This document shows positions 34,959 through 47,924 of a DNA stretch of 64,000 nucleotides, piece after piece. The DNA is taken from positions 30,566,001 through 30,630,000 of the forward strand of contig CM060733.1 in NCBI GenBank assembly GCA_030704615.1, written 5' to 3'. Every line of letters starts with the position of its first letter. Position 1 is the first letter of the stretch. The DNA is from Takakia lepidozioides. Lineage: Eukaryota > Plantae > Bryophyta. The notes under the pieces are model-generated. The model saw only the letters and a program-made list of their open reading frames with translations. It did no database searches and was not told where the DNA came from. A program made the position numbers and the translations under genes.

Positions 34959-37900
34959 ATGTGTGATCCTAGTGGACTATCCAACAGGGAAAGTCCACTA
35001 AAGAAGATAAAAGTTAAAATCCAGTCACAGCAAATACAGCCAATAGAAAACCAGAGAAATGATCAAGAAAATGGAAGAAAATTGAACGCAAGAGGCGGCG
35101 TCGTTCTGAGTAACGGGCGTCTCGACAGGACAGACCATAAATGCTATAACTTGGAAACTATGGAGGAACTAACCAACTATACGCTCGCAATATTACTTAC
35201 GCAATGGCATAGACACGAAACGACAGAGCAGAGCTTTTCTCTTGAACAATGCTTGCAAGCCCCGCAGGCTTACAAGAGATTACCCATAGCTTTCTGCGGC
35301 AACCATACGTTTCTGCTTTGTGCACTACAGGCATTCCTGCAGTTGTTACAGCCAAAGCAGTTCTGTGAGTCTAAGATGAAGAGAGTGAGAGGAATGGAGG
35401 AAATCAGGGTGAAGAGCACCACAATTCTGCAGAAACAAACGATGGCTACCCCACAGGCGATAAAGATACTGGAGGAGCTGAGATTGGAAGGATTGCAAAG
35501 TCTAGATTGGACACTACACCATAGACAGTACATGTTACAATTTTTGAAGAACTTTGAGCCAAGGACAGGAACAACAACGGTGAAGGGAGTTGAATTAATG
35601 CTTACTCCCCTATACCTCCAGCAATTGTTTCAATTGCCACAGGTCAGGTGCATGTGGGGGAACACAGGGCAAGACTGCAAATAGGGGACTTATTCCAAGA
35701 AGGGAGTTTCTTTAAAACTCAGGGTTATGCTTGTACCAAAGCTGTGTACCCAGGGTTAAAAGAGATAGGCCAGGTATTGAACGTTCTGTTTGCCCTGAAA
35801 CAGAACCAACAATATTTGAGCAGATCCTTCACAGAGGAAATACTCAAAGGCCTGAAGGGACAAGAGGTACAATGGGCGGACATTATGTACAACGCACTAG
35901 TAGAGGAGATGAAAAGATTACAAGGTACTACCGCAAAGTCTCCTATCATAGTGTCTGGCCCAATCATTGCTCAAATAATCCTTAATTCTGGCATACTTAA
36001 TGCACAAGAAAGGAAGGAAATGGGAGTGTTTGAGCCAGAAACAACTGCAATGGAAGAGCAAGGCTCTTCACACAGTGAGGGTGGACTAGCAGCACAACCC
36101 GAGACTAAGAGGCAGAGAAGGGGAAAGACTGTAGTGGCGGATCCACTGGCTTCACGGATTCCGCATGATAATGTTTCCCAAGCTCATGACCAGGAAGGGG
36201 CACAGCAGCACAAAAGAATGTTATTACTGGAAGCAGGACCTTCAGAGAGGGAGGAGGAAGTTACTTCTGCATCACAGCCAACACAGCCACTTGAACGACT
36301 TGTCACAAGGTCACAAGTTATCCATGCAGCTCAACCCGAAATAATTGATTTGGAAAGTGAAGGGATAGAGATTCCAACTACAGAGCAGATAGTGGCAGAA
36401 ATAGAGAAAGGGGACCTTCTCTATGAATATTCTGGTCTGGTCAAGGAGACAGAAATCCCAGAGGTGCAACAGTTGCCCAAGGGAAATCCTGAGGTGCATA
36501 TAATGCACACACCTGTGTTGGAGGTACCACAGGCGGAAGGTCATGACACTGTAACACCAGTCATAGATGAAGTAGTTCAGGAAGAAAATCGGTGGGACAA
36601 TGGCCTGAATGGTTAGTGAGACATCATACTGTTGAAGATCGGGAGGAACAGCAGCAACCTCACCATGATGACCCTCAACAGGCAATGCTGATGAGTTCCA
36701 TAGGCAGGACACTTAATTTGTTGGGGACTTATGTCAAATCCCATGTTCCAATTACCCAATTGACAGCCTTGAAAGAGGAACTCAGGAAGGAGTTTGAGGC
36801 TCGACTTGCACTGAGTGTGCAAACAAGGTCGATGAAGAGGTCACTCTCAAGATGAAGCAGGACTTGGGCAATACAGAAATGGCTTTGCAGTTGGCCAAGC
36901 AACAACTGATTGAGGCAAACCTCACACAAGACCAGTTGCACGAAGCACATAAGCAACAGCTATACCAAATGCAGGTGCAGCATGAAAGCAAGTTGCAAGA
37001 ACTGAATGCACTACATACGGAGTTGCAGACAGTGCATAACAGGATGGCGATACAATGTGCTACATTTACAACTATGCTTGACCAATCAACAAAAGAAATA
37101 AACAGTCAAGCGGAAAAATGTACGAAGGCAGAAGAAGAGAATGTTGAGCAAATGAAGCTCATTGTCGATATGAAGAATACAATATGTCGCCATGAAGATA
37201 CTTTCAAGCAATACAGGCAGAGGGAAGCTGATCAAGAGAAACACATCGTGGAGTTGCAACAAACCATCGTGGCCAATAGAAATGAAATCGCGGTCAGTAA
37301 CAAGGCTTCGAAGGAAGCCAATAATCTACTTGCTGCCTATGCGCAATTGGTTGAGCCACAGGCGAAGCGCATGGAGGCTTTACAACAGCAGTTGGAATTG
37401 TACAAGCTAAGAGAAGAGCAAACTCTCAGGGGAACCACATGCAGCTTGGTGGATAACAGCCTTATGCAGGTCTGGTTAGCACAAGGGCCAGTAGAGGGCA
37501 AAAGCCCACGGAAGCTCACCCAAAGCGAAATGAATGAGCTCAGACTGCAGGTGCAGAACATTGCCACAACTACTATAGACAATGTCTATAGTAGGATAGC
37601 AGAGTTACAAGAGGATGTAGACGGACTCCAGACTCAAGTGGAAGACCTCACTTCAAACATCGACCAAAGAATCTATATCCCTCAAGAACAGCTAATGGCT
37701 TCTTATTTGCAAGCCAGAACTCTGGCTTTTCAGTCTTCACAGGAGGTGCAGGAGATGCCAATGATACAGGAGCCAGTACCACCACCACCACAACAGGTCA
37801 CTGTACCAATAGCTGAACCTGTGGTTACTACAACCACACCACAGCCACCACAGCCGGAGGTATGGGGCAATGCCGCTTTTAACCCACCTAAAACTCCAGC

Positions 37901-38924
37901 TGCAAGGGAGTACAGCAGGGCTATGCTTATGCCCTTCAACCAAATTCCCATCATGTTGGATTTGGCTTGGAAAGAATTTAGTCCTCCGCAGTCATTCGCA
38001 CATTACTACCAAATCATGCGTATTTGGCTGCCAGTGGCAACTAGGACTAAAGTTCTTCCAAACAATCGACATATTGAAGATCATCACTTTGCACAATACT
38101 GGCACGAGGCAGGTACCATGTTGAGGGAATTGGTTGCTTTCCAGGTTGTACATGGACTCATTTATACCAAGACCAAGGAGATAGCAAGTATTGTCATGGG
38201 GTGCGGGCTATACTACGCTGCTTGTTTTCTGGTACGTTACCACATTGAGCAACAAAAGATGCAAACACGCTTTCAAAGTTACTCCAGTGGAGATCATTGG
38301 GTATTACCTTCGGTGCCACCTCATATGTACCTATATGACCCAAAAGTTATGATGCAGAAGGATTCTCAAATTCGTTCATGGTTTCAAGCAGCCTGCAACC
38401 AATTGTCAACACAGAAATTCGGACTTGATGACATTTTCTATAAGGGACATGTGGCATGGAAGTACTTGCACGCTGCACCAGTAATTGGTACCCCACTCAT
38501 CTGGACAGACAAGGAACTCAGTGCCTACACCAATTTTGCTGTTCAGCGGTTACACCAAGTTGTAAAATACAAACTTCTAGACATGGTAGGACAGCATTGT
38601 ATGCCCCAGATGATTCCACAAAAAGTTCGAAAATTAAAACACCTGAGAGGCGATGAGGATTCTGATACAACTGTTTCTTCACACAATTCTTTTGACATGG
38701 GAGAAGACTATGCAATTCAGATGGAAGAGAAGAAACAAAGGGGATCTCCTATGCCGGAAAGATTACCTCGATATCAGCCTCCAGAAGGCCTCACTTATCC
38801 AGGTAGTGATCAACCATCTCCATCAACCAGAGACAGACCTCGGGCTCGTACACACAGCCCACCACGAAACTCTCAACGTCAACAAGGTGCTCACTCACAA
38901 AGGTTTGCTACTCGGAAACAGTAA
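34959..38924 (+). pseudogene. Large extra sense ORF between pol and the PPT (env-like position), broken by ~3 frameshifts
   Basis: Overlapping ORFs 34959..35684, 35648..36616, 36592..36855, 36852..38924. N-part LQFLKNF...TVKGVE...LQQLFQLP and VQWADIMY resembles plant-retrotransposon accessory domains; long coiled coil (~36750-37680), Pro-rich linker, then a ~250-aa W/H/C-rich domain. Confidence 0.7.
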
Positions 38925-38945
38925 ACCGTGAGGACACGGCTTTTT

Positions 38946-38959
38946 GAGGGGGGAAGGGG
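38946..38959 (+). promoter_or_regulatory. Polypurine tract
   Basis: ttttt-GAGGGGGGAAGGGG-taa immediately before the 3' LTR. Confidence 0.9.
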
Positions 38960-38962
38960 TAA

Positions 38963-40348
38963 TGTTAGAGGACTGTAGGGGACTTAGAAACTTATACGGG
39001 ATCTGTAGGGTACCCTTAATTTTTGCACAGACTGAGACCAACAGGAGCCTTAGGGGTGACATCAGCGCACTGTAGAGGGGGGTTACATAGCCCACACAGC
39101 CGACACAGCAGTCACAGGCCACACAGCCAACACAGCCCGTCACAGTCGTTACAGCCCACACAGCCCACACAGCCGACACAGCCCACACAGTCCGTCACAG
39201 TCGTCACAGCAGTCACAGCCCACACAGCCCACACAGCCCACACAGCCCGTCACAGTCGTCACAGCAGACACAGCCCACACAGCCCACACAGCCAGTCACA
39301 GCCCGACACAGCCAAACACAGCCAGTCACCGCTTGACACAGCTGTCACGATAATAGGGAACGAAGAGTAGGACAGGGAACGACTGTGGGGAACAACACCT
39401 GTGAAGGGAACATGTTAGTTCACATACGACGGTTAGAGAGGGAAACGGTTAGAACCGCGGATAGGAGGATAAAGGGAGAAACGGGGAATGAAGGATGATC
39501 ATTATTCGGAGGGGGACTTCGGAGTCAGGCAGGAGCGGAGATCGGAGGCAAGAGATGGAGAGCACGATGAAGGAGGAAAGAGGATTAGTAGATGCTTGTT
39601 ATATGCAAAGCGGTACCATGATCCCACCAGATGCCTGTCACATCTGGTTGTTCATGTCCCAGGTCCCCAGTATGGTCGCCAAATATCGCGCGGCTTTTAC
39701 TCACCCATCCCTTCGCTATCCGAGGCGGAAACTCCAAGATAGAAGAGTTGGAAATCTCTAAGTACTCAGCCCGCGCAGAACAATCAGTCATGACCTACAG
39801 CTAGTGTATCATGGGGGTGTTTCCTATTTGTTTCCCTTTCCGCATTCATCTTAGCTACGTTACCATTGATAATTAAGTATCAGTTTGCTTCATCGATCTA
39901 TCGGTTCCCTCCACTAATCCATTCAATCCACAGCTTCACTCAGATCTCTCTACACAGTGTGATTGTATCGTATAAGTATCAGATTATGATTTATCAGGTA
40001 TCAGGCCGAAAGCAGATTAGAGACATAATGGCTTCGGCCTGATACCTGATAAATCATAATCTGATACTTATACGATACAATCACACTGTGTAGAGAGATC
40101 TGAGAGAAGCTGTGGATTGAATGGATGAGTGAAGGAAACCGATAGATTGATGAAGCAACTGATACTTAATTATCAATGCCAAAGGTAGCTAAGATGAATG
40201 CGAAAAGGGAAACGCATAGGAAACACCCCCATGATACACTAGCTGTAGGTCATGACTGATTGTTCTGCGCGGGCTGAGTACTTAGAGATTTCCAACTCTT
40301 CTATCTTGGAGTTTCCGCCTCGGATAGCGAAGGGATGGGTGAGTAAAA
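38963..40348 (+). repeat. 3' LTR with a 395-bp inverted insertion and a terminal deletion
   Basis: Near-identical to the 5' LTR except for repeat-array differences, an insertion at 39616-40010 replacing gtgatattgtag, and loss of the terminal gctgcgcgaca. Confidence 0.93.
39695..40348. repeat. Long inverted repeat (316-bp arms, 22-nt loop)
   Basis: 39695-40010 (ttttactcacc...tcaggccgaa) is the reverse complement of 40033-40348 (ttcggcctga...ggtgagtaaaa), with scattered mismatches. Confidence 0.95.
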
Positions 40349-43300
40349 CCTCTGGCAATTTTTTGAGCTGTGTCACCAGCACACACAAAGCCCTCTTCCA
40401 GATTGTCACAGACAAATTTGAGGAGTCCAATCTGCGCCTGGGTGAAATCTTGTACCTCATCAACATAGACAAATTGCAACTTTTGACCCAGATATTCTCC
40501 CTGTCGCAACTGTCGAGATAGGTGACACACAAAATCAGCTACATCAAACTCCATCAATTTCTGTTTCTGTCTTTCGTACTGGAGGAACAGACAGTAAATT
40601 TCCTCCCGCTGCTGTTCATCAAAATTTGAGGCCCGATGCATGGCCATAGCAAGGTAGTCCTTCTTGCTTAGATGGCCCATTGGCTTCTGGCCTCAAGGCT
40701 GCCCTCAATGTAGGACATGATCTCAGTAAATACCAGTGAGGCATCCACTTTCTTACTCACCCGCGCATTGAGATGCGGCCAATAGACAGATGCAAACCGA
40801 TCGTAATCCACTTCTGTTTGTCCCAGCCTCTGGTATTTCGGATTCTGGTAGTTATTGTTTGCTCTCTTTGAAGAGAAGAACGAGTTTGAGATGCTGCCAT
40901 CCAGCATCTTCAGAAACTTTCTGAAAGTGATAACTAGCGGATAGACATGACTAGGAACATGAACAAAACTATCTGGTATGGATGCCATGAGCTTGGATTC
41001 TTGCTCCTCGTCCAGCATCATCTCCTCAAACTCCTCTTCAGCTCCATCCTGTATGTCTCCATCAGCTGCCCGCATCGACCTGCAGGTGAGAGAATCATAG
41101 GGACCCCTGACATTCTCAGATTCCTGAAAGAATTACCTCCAGCATTATCCACAACTTTGAAACATCCCAATTATTAACAAAGTCCATCTACAATTTGGGC
41201 ATGAACAATGCCTAACAAGGTTTTCACTACAGATGCAGGCAGATGAAATTTTAGCATCTTAAAGAAGCCCATTATCTTAAGACAATCTCTGCGGGAATGC
41301 AAGAAAGTTGTGGACTACCAACAACCATTACCTTCGGGTCTTGTCAATGTGATGCTTCATAGCTACACAAAGTCTGGCTGAGTGTAATGAGAGCTTGTCT
41401 AAGGATGGGGGCGTTCTCAGAGTTTTTCTGACATCCTGACATAATCACATCCTTTTCAGCTTGCTGACAATCTGACAATATTCCATTTTCTGCAAGCCAA
41501 AATTCCTGTTCTCGCCGAAGAAGCTTTGTGGTAATGACTGTTGTTTTGCCTGTTCTAGATCTGCCAATGATGAATGAGCTCTTGCGATAATGGCTTATCT
41601 CTGCTTCCTGCTGATTAACCTCAAAGGGCAACTCTACATTGGAGCCATCCCTAGCAGTAAGCAGTTGTCGAGCTATGACAACATCTTTTTCTCTCCCTTG
41701 AAAACCATCAACTGACTGCACGTCGATATCCACACTGCCAATCTGGTCCTGGTTCTGTCGAGAGTGACCTAAGCGTCTTTCAAGGGCTCCCACCTGGCTT
41801 TTGTATGGAGATATCACTCCAATACTCAATTCCGGCACCTTGTTTTGTGCACACACTGTCAGCAATTATCCACAGTTAAGAGAATATGTTAGTGGACACT
41901 CTGCCTTCAGCTCAAGGTATTGGTTCTAATTATTAGATCATTTTCAAAACCAATTGCAAGCAGGCTGGCCTTGGATTTCCAATGCCACACTTTGGACTTG
42001 ATCAGAAGAAAATCCAACAAAGTCCAACTCCTAAATCTATAGCTACTACACCTCAGTTGCATCATGAGAGGGATTAAGTATACCTTTGCGCAGCTTTGCA
42101 ATCAAATAGAGCACAATCTCAACCTCCGCAAGGTTCGTCCAAGACATTCTCTCACTGTTTTCATACCTCCCCTCCATCCCATCGGGGACGTCAATAAACG
42201 CATATGTGCCTAAACCCTCACATTGTTGGAAGGGCTTATTACCATATGTCTCTCTCAGAACATTCTCCCCATTACTGATAGCTTCATTGTAGAACTGCAT
42301 ATTTGGGAAACGGCCAATATCTGGATGCATTCTGTACTGCACATCCAGAAGGTTACATGGGTGACTCAATGTCTGAAGCCTTTCAAAAAGGCTGCGGCCA
42401 TAGCCACAATCCTTGGCAATCTGCAATGAAACAAAGCCCCACACATGTCAGAGATGTCCTCAGCATGGATTCAATCAATCCGAGTCGGCTTGATTTGAAT
42501 GCAAGAATTCAAGACGCTCAGAAGATGGGATCGAGTAGTCTTTTTGTGTTTCCTTAGTGACGTGTTTCTGAAGCACGAGTTTAGGGAGTATATTTTAGTG
42601 TACCTTACTCATGACCGTAGCTGGAAGTTGCTTGTGGTCTCCTACTAAAATGGCCTGTTTTAAACCACTCATGCCAGTGACAATGGTCGTCTCCGCCTCC
42701 ACACATTGCGAAGCTTCATCAATTATCGCACATGCGAAAGGGGGACTTTGAAAAACACAACTTCGGCCAGCTGAAGACACGGTGCAAAATACAATGGACG
42801 CATGCTCAAGACAAAGCTTGTGCAGCAGATGCTGCACCGGTTGAGGCAACATGATGAACCCAGGCTCTGTAATTGACGTCAACATGTCACAAAGGCGCTG
42901 TTTTTCCTCCCAAAACAGATTGTGGTGGCGCTCCTGCGATTGTGTCCGAGTACTCCAACCACCGAATGAGTCTTCAAACCACATCCGAACCTGCACATCG
43001 GTCGTAGTGGGCTGAAAAACGCGCTCCAAGACTTTGGCCAACTGATCGCCAGCAGCCTCTAGTTGTTGGATTGCATTCATGTAAGCTATATACTTACTGG
43101 GCAAATCTGTGCACAGAACATGATAGTGTTCTGTCATTTTTGCGGCCAAAGCTTCCAATTTTTCCCTGAGAAACTGCAGGAAGCTTGGTATGCATCTAGT
43201 GACCTTGTTTGATCGATGAATCTTCTCTTGATAAACTCCATATTGTGTGTCTGCTGAGCTCAGAAAATTGGGCATCGCAATTGTGGTTGCTCGCCAACCA

Positions 43301-46300
43301 TCAATGGAGTTGAGGGCTTTGAGGAGACGATTCACTCGGTGGGTGATGAATATCTGCCCTAGTCGGCCCTTTACATTTAGTCGATCCGCGTTTCCAATCA
43401 AAACCACATCGCCCAATCGTATAATGTGAGTGCTACCCATGGATAGCAATGGCTGCAATTCACAAAACTGGGAAAACTGGAGGTCTTTCGTATTCAAAAG
43501 TTTAACGAACCTTACCGCCACTTCCGATACTGCAGTGTTGGTTGACGCACATACAAGAGTTCGGCAATGTAGAGAGCCTAAAATTGAGAGCAGTGAAGCC
43601 AGAGTAGACGTCTTCCCAGTGCCTGGAGGACCCTGGATCAGTCGCACTAGAGGCTTCGCTTTGTGGAGAAGCCCGAAAACTGTAGTCCTAACAGCGGATG
43701 CCTGGGACTCGTTCAGACCACGGAAGTTGCAACAGCCGCAGATTGCTTGTTCAAAGTCGAGTGGGTTGTCCACAGCTTTGCATATTCCATATGTTGCAGC
43801 CTGCGTCTCCAGGTAGATCAGCTATGTAAGAGCTTCCGATGGTGATGCTCCTTACCACTTGTTTAGAAACTTAAGTATAGATTCTTTGGAAAATTCTTAG
43901 CAGCACGATAGTGTACATATTGTATGTATTATTAAAATCAAAGTACCATGCATGAGCGAATATTAAAGTAGAGCCTATAGGAATTTGAGAGACAAAATTC
44001 TAACTGTGTCCATGGAGCTGCAAGAGTTTAATGAGCTCAACAGAGATTCCCTGTACCTTTGCGTCAGTGTAAAGTGTCTCCTCGATCACAGGTAGCCTCA
44101 CCATTTGAGGGGGGTGCAACGCATTCCATATACGTAGTCCAGTTGCAATGTTGCCCAGACACAGAGCAAACCATCTATGCTTCTCATCCAAGAGGGCTGC
44201 AGACTCAGGACTTTCTGATGGAGCATACACTTTTGCCCTCAACAAGTTTAATGGCCCTTCTGACTCTTGGCCTGGTCCCATTCCTTCGAGTAATGCAAGA
44301 GTATAGAACACTCCTGCTCTCTTAAGCTCGTTGTAATCATTATCTGGCACCACTGTTGACAAGAGAATAATGTCGAACTGTTTTGGTCTCCAGGCAGGGT
44401 CACCGTTTCTGCCCCTGCATACTGGGTGTAGTTCATCCCGGGACAATACGAGAGATTTGAAGTATCGATTCTGGTTCGACTGATCTCCTTCTTTAATTTT
44501 AAAGCTTACAACTACGTAAGGTGCGGCCCCGATGTCCTGGACAGCACGTTCGAGCTGTACACGAGTCTCCTCTACCAAAGGCCAAGCAAACGCTTCCAGA
44601 TACTTTTCCAGACTGGGAAATCTCCATGGTATAGCCTGCACCTGCTCATAATGAAGGCAAAGGCACATTTGATTACGAACCGTCGGCATCAATAGATTCA
44701 CCAGGTTGCACAGATGATCAAGCTTGCTGCGCTTGCAAGCTTTTTATTACATGCAGTAAATGTACATCAGTTCTCTATACAGCATAGTTCTCGCAGCACT
44801 CGCAGCCACCACATTGAAGCGTAACGGTCCATCACCAATTAAGAGGTCCCACGAGTTCCCAAAGTACAGTAAGTAGCAGATCCACTCAGCGAGCACTCAG
44901 CTACTCCAGATCATACTAAAAAAGCTGGCTCCGGGGTACTAGTGTCAACTACAGGTCTGGGGATTCTTATAGCTCGTAATGCTAAAACTGAAAGCTCTAG
45001 TTACATCTTTTGTGACGTATACATAACATGTGATCTGATTTTGAGATATACCCATTAGATCGAAGTTACTGGATTAACCTTGGAAAGTTCATATGTATCA
45101 TTTTTAATACATATTTGATTTGCAGGACCTTCAAGAAACACTCCAGAACATGTACATAGCTAGATACTCTTCTCCGTTGGGATAAACTCAAGTGACTCCA
45201 TGTGATTAAGCCCTTGTGGCATGTATAGTAAGAAGGACAAAATGTGCAGAGCTACTAAACTGGACACTAACTAGTGTTCGGGCCATCTCTTTTAAGTCTC
45301 AGACCTGAACTGGAAGGATTCCTCGTCGATCATCAGGCTGCTCAATCACTACAGCGATAACAAAATGTTAAAAAACGCGCTTGTACATAATCTTTTGAAT
45401 TAGCCGAGCTAAGGGCTGATCAATAGTTCAAGTAATATGTACATCTGATTGTACCTTGTTCGCTAGAAGTCTCTCCTTCATGATGTCATCGATTGACCAT
45501 TTGAGCACCTCTTCTACCAGAGAGTGGGTTTTCTTGTCTTCGTTTGCGTGGGGAGCACTGATGATCCGAACAGCCTCCCCATCTCCTTGTACAGAAAGTT
45601 TCTGGAAGAATTCTTGGTTAGGGTGCTGAAGTGTATCTTTCAAAGCTAATGGTTGGGTGGTGTGCAAGGTCTCTGCAGATGATGTTCCTGGACTAGCTGC
45701 TATCGCTTCAGGGGATCTCAGATGAACAACAGGGATAGAGGAGGTTGAATCCTGAGTGTATTTCATTCCATGGGCATTCAACCAACGGACCTCGTCCGCT
45801 TCCCTGGTTGAATGTACTTGACCCATCTGCAGGACGGATTATGAACTATCAAAGTTATCAGATTTGAACACTTGGAGTGGGCTCAGAATTTTCTCTCTAA
45901 TGAAGTACTGGGAGACCTGTATATTCTAAATGCCGAGCCGCTCAGTCCATATAACTCTCTAGATGTAAAGATATCTACGATCTGTGAAGGCCTTGATATT
46001 CTAAGGAGAATGCTCGGAGAATGGAACACAGTCAGCAGTACACAAGCTGTTCGACACGCACAAGAACCTAACCCGGACCTAGTCCCACATTAAACACGTA
46101 TAGTTCATATCTATCAGACTCATAAGGAATCACCAACATCATTTCCACCTTCCAGAGAGACGCCAATGAATGAAGTGACACAGTAATACAGCTTAAACTA
46201 TGCCAAACTACTCCCAAACTGTAGTACCATGAGAGAGACGAAGTCGCACCTCTCCCCAAACCTGCATACTCTTACAGATCAGTACACATCTGAACGATGA

Positions 46301-47924
46301 GCTGTAAGCCAGGTCCAAAATCTCAGTCTATTCAGTACAATGGGGGACTGATACCATAATTCAAAGCAATCCCAGCAGATGAAGGGTCATGCAAGGAACA
46401 ACACCATGACATATTGCATCCAAAGAGCCAATTTCCACCTGATTTGACCCAATATGGAGGTCATGGCACTTGTTCAACGCAGGGGGGGGGTTCTGTTTTC
46501 ACAGTTTACAGCCAGCTCAAAAGGGGGTACTGATGCCATAATTCACAGCAATCCCAGCAGAAGAAGGCACTTGCAAGGAACAGCACCACACACACACAAG
46601 CAGTCTCAAGCTAGCTACTGTGCCGGAGTGGGATTTGACTTCCTCAACTGTAGTGGTTTCTGGAACACTCACATCATGAATGAGTAGATTTAAACACTGC
46701 AGTTCATTCAGTATCTGCCCAACACTTAATACTACACTGTAAAACAATTAATGATGGTGTCTACCATGTAGGCAAGTCCCTGCAAACATTTGCTACAACA
46801 GATTCAGTCAATCAGACTCCCCTACTACTAGAGTTCACATCACATGGCTGTCAACCACTTTGTCAGAAATTTTTTTGAACTTAACTAGGTAGCAAAAGAG
46901 GTGGAGCTAAACATTGTGAGGTCTAAGTACTAAAACACACAGCAAAGACACCAATTTCCACCTACTGTCTTGGTACCATTCATCAAGAGGGGGTGTTTCC
47001 TCCTTTGTAATATCCATACCATGTAACACAAGTATTGTTTTGGTTCCCTGCCAAAGCAGACAGCCCAGTAGAGACTTAAATTGACCACTGCACATACAGA
47101 TCGAGCCCCACCTTAGAACATAATGTTGTAATCTCTCCAACTCAAACACGCCCCTTGAATCCCAGTATGCCTAAGCATTTTCTCCAAATCAGAGAAGTCC
47201 TCAACACACAAGCATATTATGACAATTGCTTCTTCACGGAGTCGTTCATTGCAATCCAAATGCTCCAGCAACTGCTCCAGCCTTTGCACAGGATAGAGAA
47301 GGTCAACATGACCAGCACCTTCCACGTCACTTACACACATATACACACAAAAAGAACTTGCCTCAAGGCTGAATGGGTCCTTTTGTTATGGAAATCACTT
47401 TGTGCACCGGACCACTCTGTCACAACTATAATTAGGTCAGCTGTGGTGGCCATGAAGAGATAGAGACACATTTTAAAATTGTGGGTCTATCACTGTGAAA
47501 TCCAAGGCTCATTACAAATTCATTTTGTACAAAGCAGTGATCAGGCAACAGTCACTTACAGTAGGGTACTTGTGATTTGTGTCTAAGTTTTCAGTCACTT
47601 GAACTTCCCCTTTGACGTCCCACGTTTATGAGGTTGAGCAGTAGCACGGGTTGTCTTTGCTATAGAGATCCCTTGGACGCAGACTTGGCCATCATTTTCC
47701 TTACACAACAATTACCTTGGTGCAGACTAACATTTTCCAAAAACTCAAGAAATGGATTTTGCTTCATCCAATCTGGTTGCCAAAGGAGTATAAAGACAAA
47801 TATCAGCTTTCAGAGAGCAGATTTTTCACTTTATGCAATTTCTGCGGGCAGCTAAGTGACCTACACTGATGGTAGCAAAAATAAGATTTGAATATAGACA
47901 AACAATGAGCAGTCTCTACACCAG

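Larger units (their letters stand above)
26545..40348 (+). mobile_element. Ty3/gypsy LTR retrotransposon (no chromodomain; Athila/Tat-like layout with extra ORFs), inserted in exon 9 of the pseudogene
   Basis: Near-identical LTRs start TGTTAGAGG at 26545 and 38963; PBS and PPT present; order gag-PR-RT-RH-INT. Host sequence caacacct|...|cctctggcaa matches the uninterrupted caacacctctggcaa in copy 1 (~8945), consistent with a 5-bp TSD CACCT partly deleted on the right. Confidence 0.96.
21855..45826 (-). pseudogene. Tandem paralog of the double-helicase gene, inactivated
   Basis: Colinear exon homologs at ~45826-45454, 44642-44057, 43810-42604, 42420-42084, 41856-41333 (exon 5/8 fusion), 41078-40349 + 26544-25971 (split by the LTR element), 25768-25426, 24868-24630, 24343-23746, 23393-22690, plus 3' remnants. 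It has frameshifts (e.g. ~41375, ~40690), large deletions, and the UvrD Walker A changed to GRSRTGKT. Confidence 0.9.

Noticed and set aside
40282-40680. Novel helicase-LTR fusion protein
   Set aside because: It is simply read-through across the insertion junction in an already frameshifted pseudogene.
46907-47463. Short ORFs as a gene or RNase H relic
   Set aside because: Only a vague resemblance (FELERLQHYVL); no supporting motifs or splice structure.
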